From positions 1-64,000 of the IMG/VR virus record IMGVR_UViG_3300005662_000030: a stretch of DNA of 64,000 bases. One strand, 5' to 3'. Below, one piece after another: positions 31,101 to 43,753 of this stretch. Under the pieces are notes generated by a model. It ran no database searches. It was not told where the DNA came from and saw only the letters and a program-made list of their open reading frames with translations. How positions within the stretch are numbered: position 1 is the stretch's first letter; every line of letters begins with the position of its first letter. This DNA is from a virus. Its lineage: Duplodnaviria > Caudoviricetes. Made by a program: the position numbers and the translations under genes.

Positions 31101-34100
31101 AAGCAATTGTTACTGATGTTTCTATCTCTATGAGCAACAACATAATCCCACTGCAGCTCCAAATGCAAGAAGAGCCAACTTATCAGCATGTTGGCGGTGG
31201 CGATAGTTATATCAATATTTCAATGAAAGTATTTGGAGAAAAAGAATTAATAAAAATAAGAAAAATATTTGACCATGTTAATGGCTTAGCTAGATTGGAA
31301 CACGCAGCTGGCGTTATGGGATTCTTGGGAATCAAGAATATAATCACCGCATTAGCAGGAATTAAATATGTCTTACCTTTATCGTTCAATGTTTCAACCA
31401 TTCCAAACTATCCACATGTTTATGATGTATCATTAAGATTAATTGACTTTGATATATTTCAACAAAAGCGTGAGCAACTTTCTTCCGATCAACAAAGAAA
31501 GCTAATTGAAGAATTTGGCACTAAGAAAAATCCATTCTTAAGAATGAAACAACTCTGGGGTTCGTTCAACGCGTACCCAGACTTCCCATTGGAAATTAGA
31601 AACAAAGATAGCGAAGTAGTAGGCTGCCTAGACCCAGACTTCTATTTTAGAAGTTTCCAAATGTTCGATAGAGACGTTATTAAAAGCGTTACAGAAAATA
31701 AGGGTAAACTTTCTAGATTAGATATATACAATGTTGATCCAGCTACCAAGATAAATGTAGTGACGCCGTATGGAGCAATGCAGTATTCTGGTGCAGCAAT
31801 TGTTGATAAGTTTAGGCAGTATATATTAAGAGATGACATCGATGGGCTTAGAGCTTATACAAGAACTACTTTAGGTTTAAAGGCTTCAGAAGTAGCTTCT
31901 TACATAATAGAAGCCTTAAGAGATATGGATCAACCAAATGATAAGTTCCTACTTAATTATGTTGATTCTTTAGATGAACTAGAATTTGATTTTGCTGATG
32001 CAGCTGATTCAACTTGGAGTATTTCATCTGGAAAATTTAAAGCTGGCGATTTAGCAAGTGATGAGGAATCTAGAAAAAAACTTCAAGCAGCACTTGGTGG
32101 AACTTCAGATGGATTTAAAGAAGATAAATATATTAGCTTTGATCCAGACGAGTTAGACGCACACGCTATTATAAATACATTTCCCGCAGTAGAGGGACCA
32201 TTCGAATCGAAGATACCTTCGATGATTCATACCGCTGATGGATATCAATTTGGTTATGTGGATAAACAAAATGGTAGATTTTATCTTACTGTAGATGACG
32301 TAGCTGTTAAGAAAGATAGTTCAGTCACCTACATTGGAATTACAGATACGCAAACTCCAGATACTGGAACAACCAAATCTTTAACAGGTGTTCCAGGTGC
32401 AGCTCCACTTTCTGAATATCAGTATTCATATTCATCTGGAGATGAGAGTAAACCAGAAACAATGAAATCAAATGGTAACTCAAAGAGCGTTACGAGTCAT
32501 TGGGAAAAAATGATGGTTGATACTCAGTATCGAGATATATCTGGAAGAATGGTAAGAGCGTTTCCAACTTACATGCTTTGGTTAATATCAGAGGGAGATT
32601 TTGTTGGAACAAAATTGTTTGATAATTTTTATGGATTACAGTCAATTATAGATTTTTCAATTGTTTCTTCTGAAGATATCTTGGGGGACACATTGGTGTT
32701 TAGGGCATCAAATATGTACGCAAAACTTTCTACAAAAGAAGCTACAACAATATTTAGTGGAACTGGTGAAACTGATTCAAAGCCAGGAGTAGACGCACTT
32801 TCTCTTACTGCAGGTTTGGAGCAGGTTATAGATAGAACTTTGAACCAGGCAAGAAATCAACTTGGTCATATGGAAAGTCAGTATATTGTAGATATTGAAA
32901 ATATTAGACTTAAGCCAGGTGTAAGAGTTCACCTAAGAGTTGGTTATGGTTCTAATCCTAATTCGCTTCATACGTTGTTTAATGGAGTTATAACAGAAGT
33001 TGAACTAGGTGAAATAGTTACAGTCACCTGTCAATCAGATGCTATTGAATTAAGTTCAGTAGTTAACTCGGTAGACAAAAAGGGAGACAGCGGACATATT
33101 GATGGTGGATTGAACACAGGTTTATACCTATCTGAACCTAGAGACTTAATGGTCAGACTGCTTTCAATGGGAACTTCAAGAGTAAGAGAAGCTTTCGCCC
33201 ATGCTACAAGAGGAACTGTTTTTTCTCAAAATAAATTTGGCATTAAACACTTTGGACATATATTGTATGAGCCATTAACTGAAATAGAGCGTAATAGAAA
33301 TGCTGGAATAAGAAACGCAGCATCCGATGCTCTATTGGCAGTAGGTCAAGGAAGTGGTCTCACTGGTGGTGCTGGAACGGTAGCTGGAGTTTTAAATCCA
33401 TTTGGAGACAATTCAAATGGAACAGGACTTAGCGTTGGTGCAGATGTAAGATTGCCAGTTGTTGGAATGATGAGAACACTTTGGTCAAACTTTGCTGCAC
33501 AACCAGATCTTGAATTATTTAAAAGAAATATTTATCCAGGAAATGGAACTGGTGTAGCGCAATTCCTTGGTGGAGACCTAGGGGATGGTTGGGCAAATGC
33601 CGCATCACTAACGCCAGAAGACATGCCTAATCCAAGATTAGAATATTTAAATAGATTAACAGACGCGTCTTGGAATAACATGCTACAAAGATATGACAGT
33701 GGCTCTAAGAGCGCAGCAGCAGCTATAGATAGTTTGACTAGCGGCATGGAGGCAAAAGCAAGTGGAGGAACGGCAGCAGCACTACTTGGTGGTGGCCTAC
33801 TTGCTGCAGGTACAGCGTTAGCTATTGGTACTGGTGGATTTGCACTTCCTGTAATAGGTGGAGTAATGGCAGCAGGTGGAGGAGCTTCACTACTTGGAAG
33901 CATAAGTGGTAGAGGTGGAGTAAATATTTGGAAGACGTTTGGATTAATTAGCGATCTTGATGACGACATGCCAGGCTTCGATGAGGTTTCATTTAGAGCA
34001 CAAACATATATGAAATCTGTTTGGGATCTTTTTCAAATGTGCGCAAGATTGCTTCCAAACTATATTGTTGCCGTAAGACCATTTGAGGATAGATCAACTG

Positions 34101-37100
34101 TATTCTACGGTAAGCCACACTGGCTATATACTTCAGCTGTAGTGCCAATTACTACTGGCTTCCCTTCGGAGAAAAAGGCAATTGAATTAGGAATAAAGAC
34201 TCCAAGTTATAGAAGTCCAGATTCTGAATTGATGGACTTATTAACAAAGATAAATAAACAATCTAACCCAACAGCGGACTATGAAGCATTTAAGAGTTTT
34301 CAAAATCCAGCTATTACATTAGAAAGCATCGTTAAGCAACAATCATCAGCTTCCGACATCTATGCTCCAGCTGGAGTATTGAGAGGAAAAGTTATAAACC
34401 TTCTTGATCCTTGGAGAACTGCGTATTATGGAAATAAGAAGAGCACTAAAGAGCAAATAGTTAACGACATTATTTCCGAACTGCCAAAGAATAAAGGTTA
34501 CGCAACTGTTGGTTTCCACTTACCAATAGATTCAACTGGTGGCTCTAACAGTGAAGTTAACATAGATGATATGGTTAACTTGCACCAAGAAATACCTCAA
34601 ATGCCGTTAAGGTTTTCATTCCCATTTTTCACAGATAGAGCAGCTGGAGCAGTCTTATTAGACTACGCATTTTATGCACTAAGTAAGAATAGATCTGGAG
34701 AAGGCTCAGATAGAGCAAAGACTGGAACAATTCACGACGGTGATAAAGATTTTGAAAAATTGGGTCATGATACTCTGTATGTTAATTTACTAGACACCGA
34801 AGCTAGTTTAATTGCTGGTTCCACAACCACCGATGCGATAGAAGGCGCAACTGCTGGTGAGTTTAGTATTAATCTAGCTACAGTTTCTTTTACTTCTCAA
34901 ATAAATCCAATAACAACATTTGGCACTGATCAATTTATATTTAACTTAGAAACATCTGGTGTTTCAAATAGAAAAGCTATAATCAGAATGCCACTGCCTT
35001 CAATGAAGTCAGAAACAACTGGCATGAATCAACTTGAGGGTTCGTGGGAATATGAATATATTAATCAAAGCCAGATCACAGCTGGAAGTCCATTCTCCTA
35101 TAAAGATTGGGGCTCCCCAGCTTCTGCTTTAGATGAGCAATTTTACATTGCTATGAGATGGCCATATGAAATAACAGATGATAAAGATGATCCAATATTC
35201 AAAAAATTTAAAGATGAGTATTTCTCAGATAGAGATGAAAGTCAATTCCACGGAAAACCAAAAGATTATAAGAATAGAAAAGTATTAGTATACAGTCCAA
35301 TAACTAGAACAGCTGTAGTTTGCAAGCCAGCGTATTTCTTATGGGGAACAAATAAAGCTGACTTGATTGACAAGTCTCTAGCTGCAAATGGTGAAAATAG
35401 AACTGATGATAATTTTATAAATTTTAAGAGTGATTCTTTTAAGGAAGTAGATTTAGCAGCAGTTGTTTCTCCAGACGCTGCGTACTACCTAGGTATAATG
35501 CATCTTACAGAAAATGAAAAAGAGTACTTTGGTTCAGAGAATGACAAAATAGGTAACGACAATAATCACTCCAATGCATCAGCCCAGGCATTAGCAAAAG
35601 TTGGGTTAGCTCCTACCCCAATGCCTAGGGATTGCTATTACACATTCGTCCCAGATGAAGTTCCACTTGGTGTTGTAACTACAGTTTACAACCCAGCAAA
35701 TGAATTTAAATATAATAGCGATACAGATATTGGAGAGTCATACTTCATTGGGTTTGGAAAATTCCAAACACCAGAAGGTGATGGTAGACTTCTCGTAGAA
35801 GACGCAGCAAAAAATGGAATGCAAAAACTAGGTATATCTGGAACAGCAGATAATCTTGAAAAACAATTAGAACTTTTAGGTGAAAGACCAACAGCTTTTG
35901 TAAATACTGGATGGAAAGAGTTTATTCCAGTTAGCGGAATAACACTACTAGATGCTGGCCACTTTGCTGAAGCAGCAGCTAGGGGTGGAAATATACTTGC
36001 TGCCGTAGGTGATGAAAATAGTTATTTTGATTATGTGCTAAAGGCGGAATATAGCTCTTTGGAAAGAGATGCTTTATGGAAAATACTTGACACCGAATTA
36101 GGCACAACAGGAGATGAAGATTCCGCAGGCGGAAGAGCGCGTTTTGCGCCAGTTTATGATCCAGCTTCTCCAGAGTCTGTTCAAGCTAGATCCTTCTTTG
36201 ATGAAGGCTTTAGTGCTTCAACTCATGTTATAGCTGGAAATGGAAGAACACTAGCTCAAGCAAATGATATTTGGGATCAGTTTAGATTTGGTTATCATAC
36301 TTATCAAGCTGCTAAAAAAATATTCTTTGATGCGTTTGGCTTAGATCCAGATGACACAACAAGACTACCAGATTTCTTAATTGCAATTTTAAGAAATCCA
36401 AAATCAAATCCAGATATCTTTAAACTATTTAAAGAAAATGGAGATGGAGGAACTGCTGTTGATGAATTTAGCCTTTTGTTGGGAAGCGATTTCTTACTAA
36501 AGACAGAGAAGGGTGATTTTACAGATCCAGAAGCGCCTTCAATAAATTATAGCCCAACAACAATTAAAGAAGCAATAGAATTTGCAAGAAAGAACCTAGT
36601 AGATGCTCCACTAGATGAAGGTGGTTTAGTTAGATATTTTGATACATTAACTAAGACTAAGTATAAAAAATTAGGCTTATTTTTGCAAGCTCAATCTAAT
36701 CTTTCTTTAATTGTTGGAGCAGATGTTAATGGTGGACAACCAAAGGTTGATGACATCATTAAAGATAACCTTTCTCCAAAACAGTTGTTCTTACTAATCG
36801 TTGGAATGTTCAGACAGGCAATGTGGCAAGACGCATACGCGAGGGCTTGGTTGGTCCTAAAGCCAAATAGAAAATACACTAGCGATGACATGTGGGACTT
36901 TGGACCAGTAAATAAAATCTTTGCAGCATTTATTGATCCAAATCAAGATTATTCTTCAAACAAGAAAAAATTCTTAAAGCTATTAGCAGATAATAAGGGT
37001 GAGGGAAATAGCGCAGGAAATATTATTGGTGTACTGGGTCACGATATTAATACATTCTGGGATCAGAATGTTGGCCCATTGTTTACAGCATTGAGCGATG

Positions 37101-39532
37101 GCTTATCTGGATTAATGAACATGTTTAGAATGTCGATGCTTCAAATGGGATATGGATTATCTAGTATTGATAACTTCTCAAAGCAAGCTAATATTATGAA
37201 TAAAGTGTTAAACGATTCTATATACTATTCGCTTGGAAGACCTGGATCACTTCTCAGAGCTATCGACAATCCATTCACTAGAGAGTATGGAGAACCAGTT
37301 GTAGAAGTTCGTGAACCATTCCAAAAAATTCATTACCTAAGTTCATTTTCAAATATTATAGCAAACAACATTCAAGAAACTACAGTTGATGTAGCAACTC
37401 AAATTACCGCAGTTTCAGAAGGAAAGTATCCAGTAACCGTAGCATTGGATAAGAGTATTCCAGCGGAAAGACAAATAGAAAAAACAGTGGAAACTGGTTT
37501 ATATTTTGACAACATAGCTGGTGAAGGATTGTTCGGCATTGCTCAACCGTTGTTCCATCCAATTGAATTTGCTCGTGGTGCGATAAAGCTTTCCCAGGGA
37601 GCACCAGATGAATTGATGGCTAGAAGAGTCGGTTTATCTCACTTAAAGGAATCGCTAAAAGATATATATGGTGGAGAATTAATAGTTATTGGTAGTCCAG
37701 ATATTAGACCTCATGACTTGGTCTACCTAGCTGATGTTTATGAAAGAATGTATGGAATGTTTGAAGTCGAACAAGTTGTTCACCATTTTACTCCAAACAT
37801 GGGTTTCATAACCTCAATAACACCTAACGCGCTTGTTACAATAAACGACCCAGCCAGATGGTTTATGTCTTCATGGGTTCACTCTTGGATGTCAATTCAA
37901 AATATCAGAAACGACACAAGAAGTTTAATTAATTCAGTTCAAGCTGGAAGTACGGGAATATTGTCTGGTGGCAATATTTCGATGGAAGGAATGTCAGAAG
38001 CACTTAGAGCACAGATGCTTGGCGGAGTTCAATTTACACATGGATCTAGCGCCCTTATGTCTGATATTATGGCCAACTTTGCAGCAGAAGGGTTGACAGA
38101 TGCTCAAGCTCAAATAGAAAATCAAATGAAACAAAACGCAGAAGCGGGAGTCAGCCTTAAGGGTATAGCCTTAACGTACTTGGGTACCGTAGGTCTAACT
38201 GCGGCAGCTGGAGCATTACTTGGTGGACCAGTGGGTGCAGGTGTTGCTGCTGGTATATCGTCAGATTTATTCTGGAAGGGATGGAAGTGGGTAAGAGATA
38301 ATGTTCTTGACCAACACGGCTGCTACATATCTTACTTAAACAAGAATGGCCAACCAATGGACGCAAGTCTTGCAATTAATCAAGGCATGGTTGTTGGTAG
38401 ATACCATACCAAGAGATTGCTTCCTGGAATCCTTGGCGTAAGAAGTAAGGTGAGAACAGTAGACGGCAACGCTTTCATTAGAAATGACGACCTATTGAAG
38501 AGTTTGGGCTGGAAAGAAAATGAGATAACAGATCTAGTAAGACATATTAGTTACGAAAATGCACTGGTTAATGCAGAAGTGCTCAAGTATTCTGGTACTG
38601 GTCCTGATAAAACTGGATTGAATCAATTCTTTAAAGTTGTTTGTAAATTAAATAAAGTTATTGACGGTGATGAAATAGAAGTAATAGACTTGATGAATCC
38701 ATTAGGTGAACCGTTTAAGGTTAGATTAGAGGGTATCATAGCATCAAGTCTTGGAACATTCCAAGCTTATACAAATACATCTATTCAGGCTGGGTATAAG
38801 CCAGATGATCAGACAACAGCTATAAACATAAATTCTCCTGGCGCTAAACCAACAATTTTTGTAAGCGAAAAATTAAGAGATAGACCATTTGTAATTAGAG
38901 TCTCTCCAAATGATCAATCCTCAGTTTCTATTTATACCGAAGATGATTTGTCTCCAGGCTCCAGGATTAATAATCCAGGTAGCTACCTCAAAGGAACTTA
39001 CTACGGTGAGAACGAAAGAGATAAAGCGTTGGGTACAGTTTTTTACAGGTTGCTCGATGAAGACATGCAAAAATATACAAATGAAGTAAGAGCTTTTTTT
39101 ATTAAAAACCTTGGACAAAGCATCATTCAAATGAAAGCTAAGTTTAAAGACACACTTTATGTTGATTCTGTATTCTATAAGAAATTTGATGAATTATATA
39201 ATTCAATATATACTTCTAATATGGAAAATCATTTTACTATTACAGGTGAAACGGATCCACTTTTAACCATAACAAATGATCAAATTAAATTATTTAATGA
39301 TCTAGTTAATTTTAAGGTTATGGAAGTTCTATATTCCAAAGCGTCAGAATGGCCATATATATCTTGGGATGAATACTATGATGACGGTCTCCCCGCAACA
39401 CTAAACTGGGAAATGATAACAAATAACCTAGCCCAGGTTTATACAGTTGACCTACTCAGAGAACGCGCTTCTACTGGTGGATTAGATAGATCTATACCAA
39501 TGCCAGTCTATGTTGAACAGAAAAGCAATTAA
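28186..39532 (+). CDS. Giant baseplate hub/tube-initiator-like multidomain virion protein, ~3,781 aa; needs a +1 shift at 28303
   Basis: ATG 28186 reads in frame to CGG 28303; the +1 frame is open into ORF 28640. Hub (gp27/late-control-D-like) motifs LKPGVRVHLRVGYG...LFNGVITEV and GELIVIGSPDIRPHDLVYL...FEVEQVVHHF. Two tube-fold-like domains near the N-terminus and an SNase-like domain at the C-terminus. Confidence 0.7.
28303..28306 (+). other. CGGA +1 recoding site 7 (codon 40)
   Basis: AAT|CGGA|ACA; 28640 minus 28304 is 336 nt, with no stop in that frame. Confidence 0.75.
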
Positions 39533-39540
39533 GGATACTT

Positions 39541-42293
39541 ATGTCTGATTTTAATTTTAATCTAAGTGATTTTAACGATTCAACTGCTTTCACCGCTAAG
39601 CTTGGTGAAAGTTATAATCCAGATGGAATGGCTAGCTTAGTAACTAGCGGATCTAAAGATAAGTATTCTAATCAAACACTAACTTCTAGAAACCTTACGG
39701 ACATAATGTCTGGTCGGAGCTTTAACTAGGAACCCAGCAGCATTAGCCGATGCTTCTTCTAAGTTTGTTAAATCTTCTTTACATTCTGTTCTGGCAGCTG
39801 GGGCTCAAGCTGGAGATAATTTTCAAATAGCTAATCCAGATTATCAAGGTCCACGGAGATGTTGAATATCTTAAAGGTGACCAAGCTTATATAAAAACGG
39901 TTGCAATGTCTTTGGCGGGTAGTGGATTTTCTCCTGGATCAGTTATGAATCCATTGCTTCAAACTGTTGATGGTAAATGGCCAGGTAATGATAAATCAAA
40001 AGTCGGAGGTGCTGATGGCTCTTTGTTTACACATAACAGCACAGCTTATTCAATTGACGCTGATGCTCCAGGATTAGGAGAAAGACCAGTTGCACTAGAT
40101 TCAGAGTTATCTGAAGATGAAAAACAAATTTATATAGAACGAGGTACGCTCTTAAAGCAGTCTATTAACGAACCAGCATTAACACTTGGTTATCAATTTG
40201 ATATTCCAAATGTACTTTCTTCTTATTCATTTGTCCAAACAAATTCATATTTTGCGGAAGAATTTAAAACAGCTAACACGTCAGTAGATGGAGCTTTGAT
40301 CAGCGCAACAACTCAAAAGGCTTATATAAGCGCCTCTCTGATCGAGTGTCTGCTTATGCTAACAGATGCAACTAAGGGTGTTAAAATTTCTGGCACATTT
40401 GGTTTGTATAGAGCTATTATGTCAGAGAGCGACAAAACAAGTAGAAATTCAAGTCCAGAAAATGGAATTGATAAAAATAGTAACAATTCAATTTCAGACC
40501 ATGTTTTTGGTAGAGCTTTTGATATTAGGTCAGTAGGTGATTTTTCGACTTTATCTGGATCAAAAGAAAGATACGCAGCGGCTCTGGATATGGTATTACA
40601 AAAAATAAACCTACTTCCTCAACCATTGATTCCAGATTTGATAGTTATACACCCAGATGTAGCTAAGGACAAAGGGATAAATGAAGGTTTTGAATCTGTG
40701 GATACTGCAATTAAAGCCCAGTATCCAAATTTAAAATATGTTAATTTTTCTTTTGGTACTGAACATACCGATAATATACATATAAGTTTTAGTCCTCAAA
40801 GAGGAGGTAAGTACATTGGCTCTAATGGGTGGAAAGCTGCATCTGGATCCAGTCAAGCTCTTGATGAAAATGGAAACCCAATAGATAACAGTGATAAAGC
40901 ATCTTCCGCTAAAGAAAAAGCCTACACAAACTATAAGGATGGTGGTCCAGCAATAGATCTCTATGAGCTATTTATAATGCTGTCTCAAGAGGGTCCATTT
41001 AGTGACGAAGTTGCTGCTATTTTTTGCGCCGTTGCTGGAAGAGAAAGCAACGTGAATCCAAGTTCTTATAATGGAAAATGTTTTGAAACTAAAACAAAAT
41101 GGACAGAAGATGTTTCTGTTGGTATGTTCCAATTTAATTTACTCGCTTTAATAAAAAAAGAAAACAATACAGCTGGTGATGTTCCAATATACTATGATGG
41201 CTCAAAAGTAAATCAGCAATTAGTCCCTGCTCATAGACTGGCATACAATACAGCTGAATCAACTTCCTGGGATCCTAACGCCATTGCTAAAAAACTAGTG
41301 CAATTATACGCAAGTGGAAATAACGCTGGCGCATCAAAGCCTACAACTGACGATAAAGTATGGTATCCAATTAATCAAGTTTGGATGGTAATGAATAAGT
41401 GGGGAAGAAATGATTTTAAAAAACCATCAAAGATAGATTCATCATCAGGATTTTATCACTGGGGAGATTATGGTGATAGGTCAGATTGTGGCTTTATTTT
41501 TAAAACAAAATTTCAAAATGCAGTTAGCGTATATCTAACGACTGGTAAAGACATTAGTATTTTAGAAGAATGGGTTAGAACTAATTTTAAGAAACATCAG
41601 TCAGAAAAAGCAGCAAAGTACATGGATCAGTGGATGGAAGGAACCGTATTCTACAGTAAGCCAGTTGATGGTTCTTTGATTGATGAAAAGAACAGCGGAA
41701 CAATAAACTACGTTGCTTCTGTAGTTCCTGTTTCAAGTCAGTCAGCAGGCGGTGATGGAGTTATACCTGTGTTCACGAGAACCCAAATAAAGGAAGCAGC
41801 TGATTGGATTAGTGTAAATAGAGTTCCTCAGTGGTTATCTAAGTATAGAACAGATCTTGACGGTAATATCCAATGTGATAGATTTGCTAGAGTGCTATCT
41901 GCTGCAATTGGTTTATTTAGCGCGGCTCAAACTAATTTAATTAACTCAGAGTGGGTAGCCTCAGGAAGTGGTACAGATGCTACAATAGCAACTCCTGGGC
42001 TAAACCAGTATCCATCTGCTGGAGATCATCTATCTGCATTAAAGGGTTCTTCTTCCTACTTTGGCCCAGATACCGAAAATGGAAAGAATCCACCAGCAGG
42101 ATATCTCGTATTCTGGGAGGGTGGATCTGATGGATATGGTCACGTTGGTATTTCAATTGGCGGTGGCCAATATGTGGACCAACATGATGAAACACAAGGT
42201 GGAGACAGACCAAGGCCTAGAAGTATATTCTCTACCACATTTCCAGGTAGCAAGTATACGTACGCTGGTTGCTCATCAGCATGGAATGGATAG
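39541..42293 (+). CDS. Virion-associated peptidoglycan hydrolase (M15-like peptidase + lysozyme/SLT-like + CHAP), ~916 aa; needs two +1 shifts (39715, 39854)
   Basis: AAGGA RBS before 39541; frames join without stops into ORF 39906. Motifs SDHVFGRAFD...HTDNIHISF (M15), AGRESN...SVGMFQ (SLT/lysozyme-like), QCDRFA...GYLVFW...YGHVGI (CHAP). Confidence 0.75.
39715..39718 (+). other. CGGA +1 recoding site 8 (codon 59)
   Basis: GGT|CGGA|GCT; in frame with ATG 39541, whose frame stops at 39727. Confidence 0.75.
39854..39857 (+). other. CGGA +1 recoding site 9 (codon 105)
   Basis: CCA|CGGA|GAT; in frame after site 8, and its +1 frame is that of ORF 39906. Confidence 0.75.
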
Positions 42294-42304
42294 GAGTATA
42301 AAAA

Positions 42305-42667
42305 ATGAAACAGTATCCAAAGTTTGATGAGAGATTAAATTCTCACATAAACAATAATCAGCTTCAGCAATCAAAAACAAGACCAGGAACTATCATGTCC
42401 TACAACAAGATGAACAATACAGTAGTTGTTATCTTAGATGATAGAATGACTAATCAAGTGGGGAATATAATCAGAAACGTTCCATGTCCAGCTACACAGG
42501 GTATCCAAACAGTAGCTCCTACCGCTGGTGCAAGATGTATAATAGGTTTTACGGACGTCAACGAAAGGTATCCGTATATAGTATCCTATATAGATGACGC
42601 CAACTCAATCGGTAAGTACATGCCAAATTATCATGTAAATACTGGCGTACCAAAGTTCTTGGTGTAA
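42305..42667 (+). CDS. Baseplate spike OB-fold-like protein (gpV/Gp138 N-terminal type)
   Basis: RPGTIMSYN..NNTVVVIL...IIRNVPCP...GARCIIGF pattern; upstream of gp25. Confidence 0.6.
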   Translation: MKQYPKFDERLNSHINNNQLQQSKTRPGTIMSYNKMNNTVVVILDDRMTNQVGNIIRNVPCPATQGIQTVAPTAGARCIIGFTDVNERYPYIVSYIDDANSIGKYMPNYHVNTGVPKFLV

Positions 42668-42668
42668 T

Positions 42669-43379
42669 ATGTCTGAAAAATTAAACGCTCAAAAATCTTA
42701 TGATTCAACAGTAGGAAACACCGCTTCAGAAGTTGGAGAAATGGGAAGAAGAAAAACTTTCTCACACAGAGAGGTTGGTCTTAACCATCCAGATAATTCT
42801 AGCTTTATTAGATTGACTGATTCTGGTGATATTGAAATATTTGCAGCTCCTGGAGTGGGGATGGTTATCAATGGATCAACTAGGACGATTTCCCTCTTTG
42901 CTGATAATATTAAATTTCATACCAAAGAAGATGGTCTCAAGTGGAACGCTATGGAGTTTAATCATTCAGCTACGTTATTTTCTGAGCCAGCTTTTGTTGG
43001 AGCAAATGAGACATCATACAATCCAGCATTTTTAAACATGGATTATTATATTGATAATTTAGATCAGTTGGATCAAGAAGAAAGCCAACAGTCAGTTACT
43101 ATTAATGGCAACTACGGATATAGGGCAACCACCGAAAACTCTATAGTTGATATTAACTTGGCAGAAAGTAACAGCTTAGGTAATTATTTTACAAACCAAG
43201 AAATAAGCACAATACAATCTTACTGGGATGAGTACGGCGTTGACTATAGGAATTTTACAAACTCTACAAATCCACTGTCAAGTTTTATAGATATGATTAA
43301 AAATAATATTTTAGAAAATTATAGCTTTCAACAAGCTATTGATAAGGTTGTACAAACTATAAAGGATAATAATGTCTGA
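42669..43379 (+). CDS. Putative baseplate spike beta-strand-repeat protein
   Basis: SSFIRLTDSGDIEIFAAPGVGMVINGSTRTISLFADNIKF resembles gpV C-terminal beta repeats; sits between the OB-fold gene and gp25. Confidence 0.5.
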   Translation: MSEKLNAQKSYDSTVGNTASEVGEMGRRKTFSHREVGLNHPDNSSFIRLTDSGDIEIFAAPGVGMVINGSTRTISLFADNIKFHTKEDGLKWNAMEFNHSATLFSEPAFVGANETSYNPAFLNMDYYIDNLDQLDQEESQQSVTINGNYGYRATTENSIVDINLAESNSLGNYFTNQEISTIQSYWDEYGVDYRNFTNSTNPLSSFIDMIKNNILENYSFQQAIDKVVQTIKDNNV

Positions 43380-43752
43380 TTTTTATATTAATCTTAGCGG
43401 CGATTTAATCGTTAATGGTTCTGGGGATATAGGTACCGTCCAAAGTATGTCAGAAAAAGACGTTCAACACGTGTACCTTAGACTGATGACTGAACCAGGA
43501 GACTTCTTTATCTATCCGCAATTGGGGACTCAGCTCTCCATGCTTTACGGTATGCCTCAGACCCCAGAGACTGGTGATTTTGGTAAAAGATTAATTCGTG
43601 CAGCCCTAGAAAGAGAAGGGGTTTTTAAAAATAGACAAATTACTATTGAAGCTGTCCCAGTTTCCGCAGACTCTGTAAGGTTTGACGTGTACCTAATGGG
43701 CAATCTAGGTGAACCAACTGTATTATCAATAACGCAAGACTTAGGAGCTTAA
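43372..43752 (+). CDS. Baseplate wedge protein, gp25/GPW-like
   Basis: GDLIVNGSGDI...VYLRLMTEPGDFFIYPQLGTQL...IRAAL pattern; 126 aa; precedes baseplate J. Confidence 0.8.
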   Translation: MSDFYINLSGDLIVNGSGDIGTVQSMSEKDVQHVYLRLMTEPGDFFIYPQLGTQLSMLYGMPQTPETGDFGKRLIRAALEREGVFKNRQITIEAVPVSADSVRFDVYLMGNLGEPTVLSITQDLGA

Positions 43753-43753
43753 G

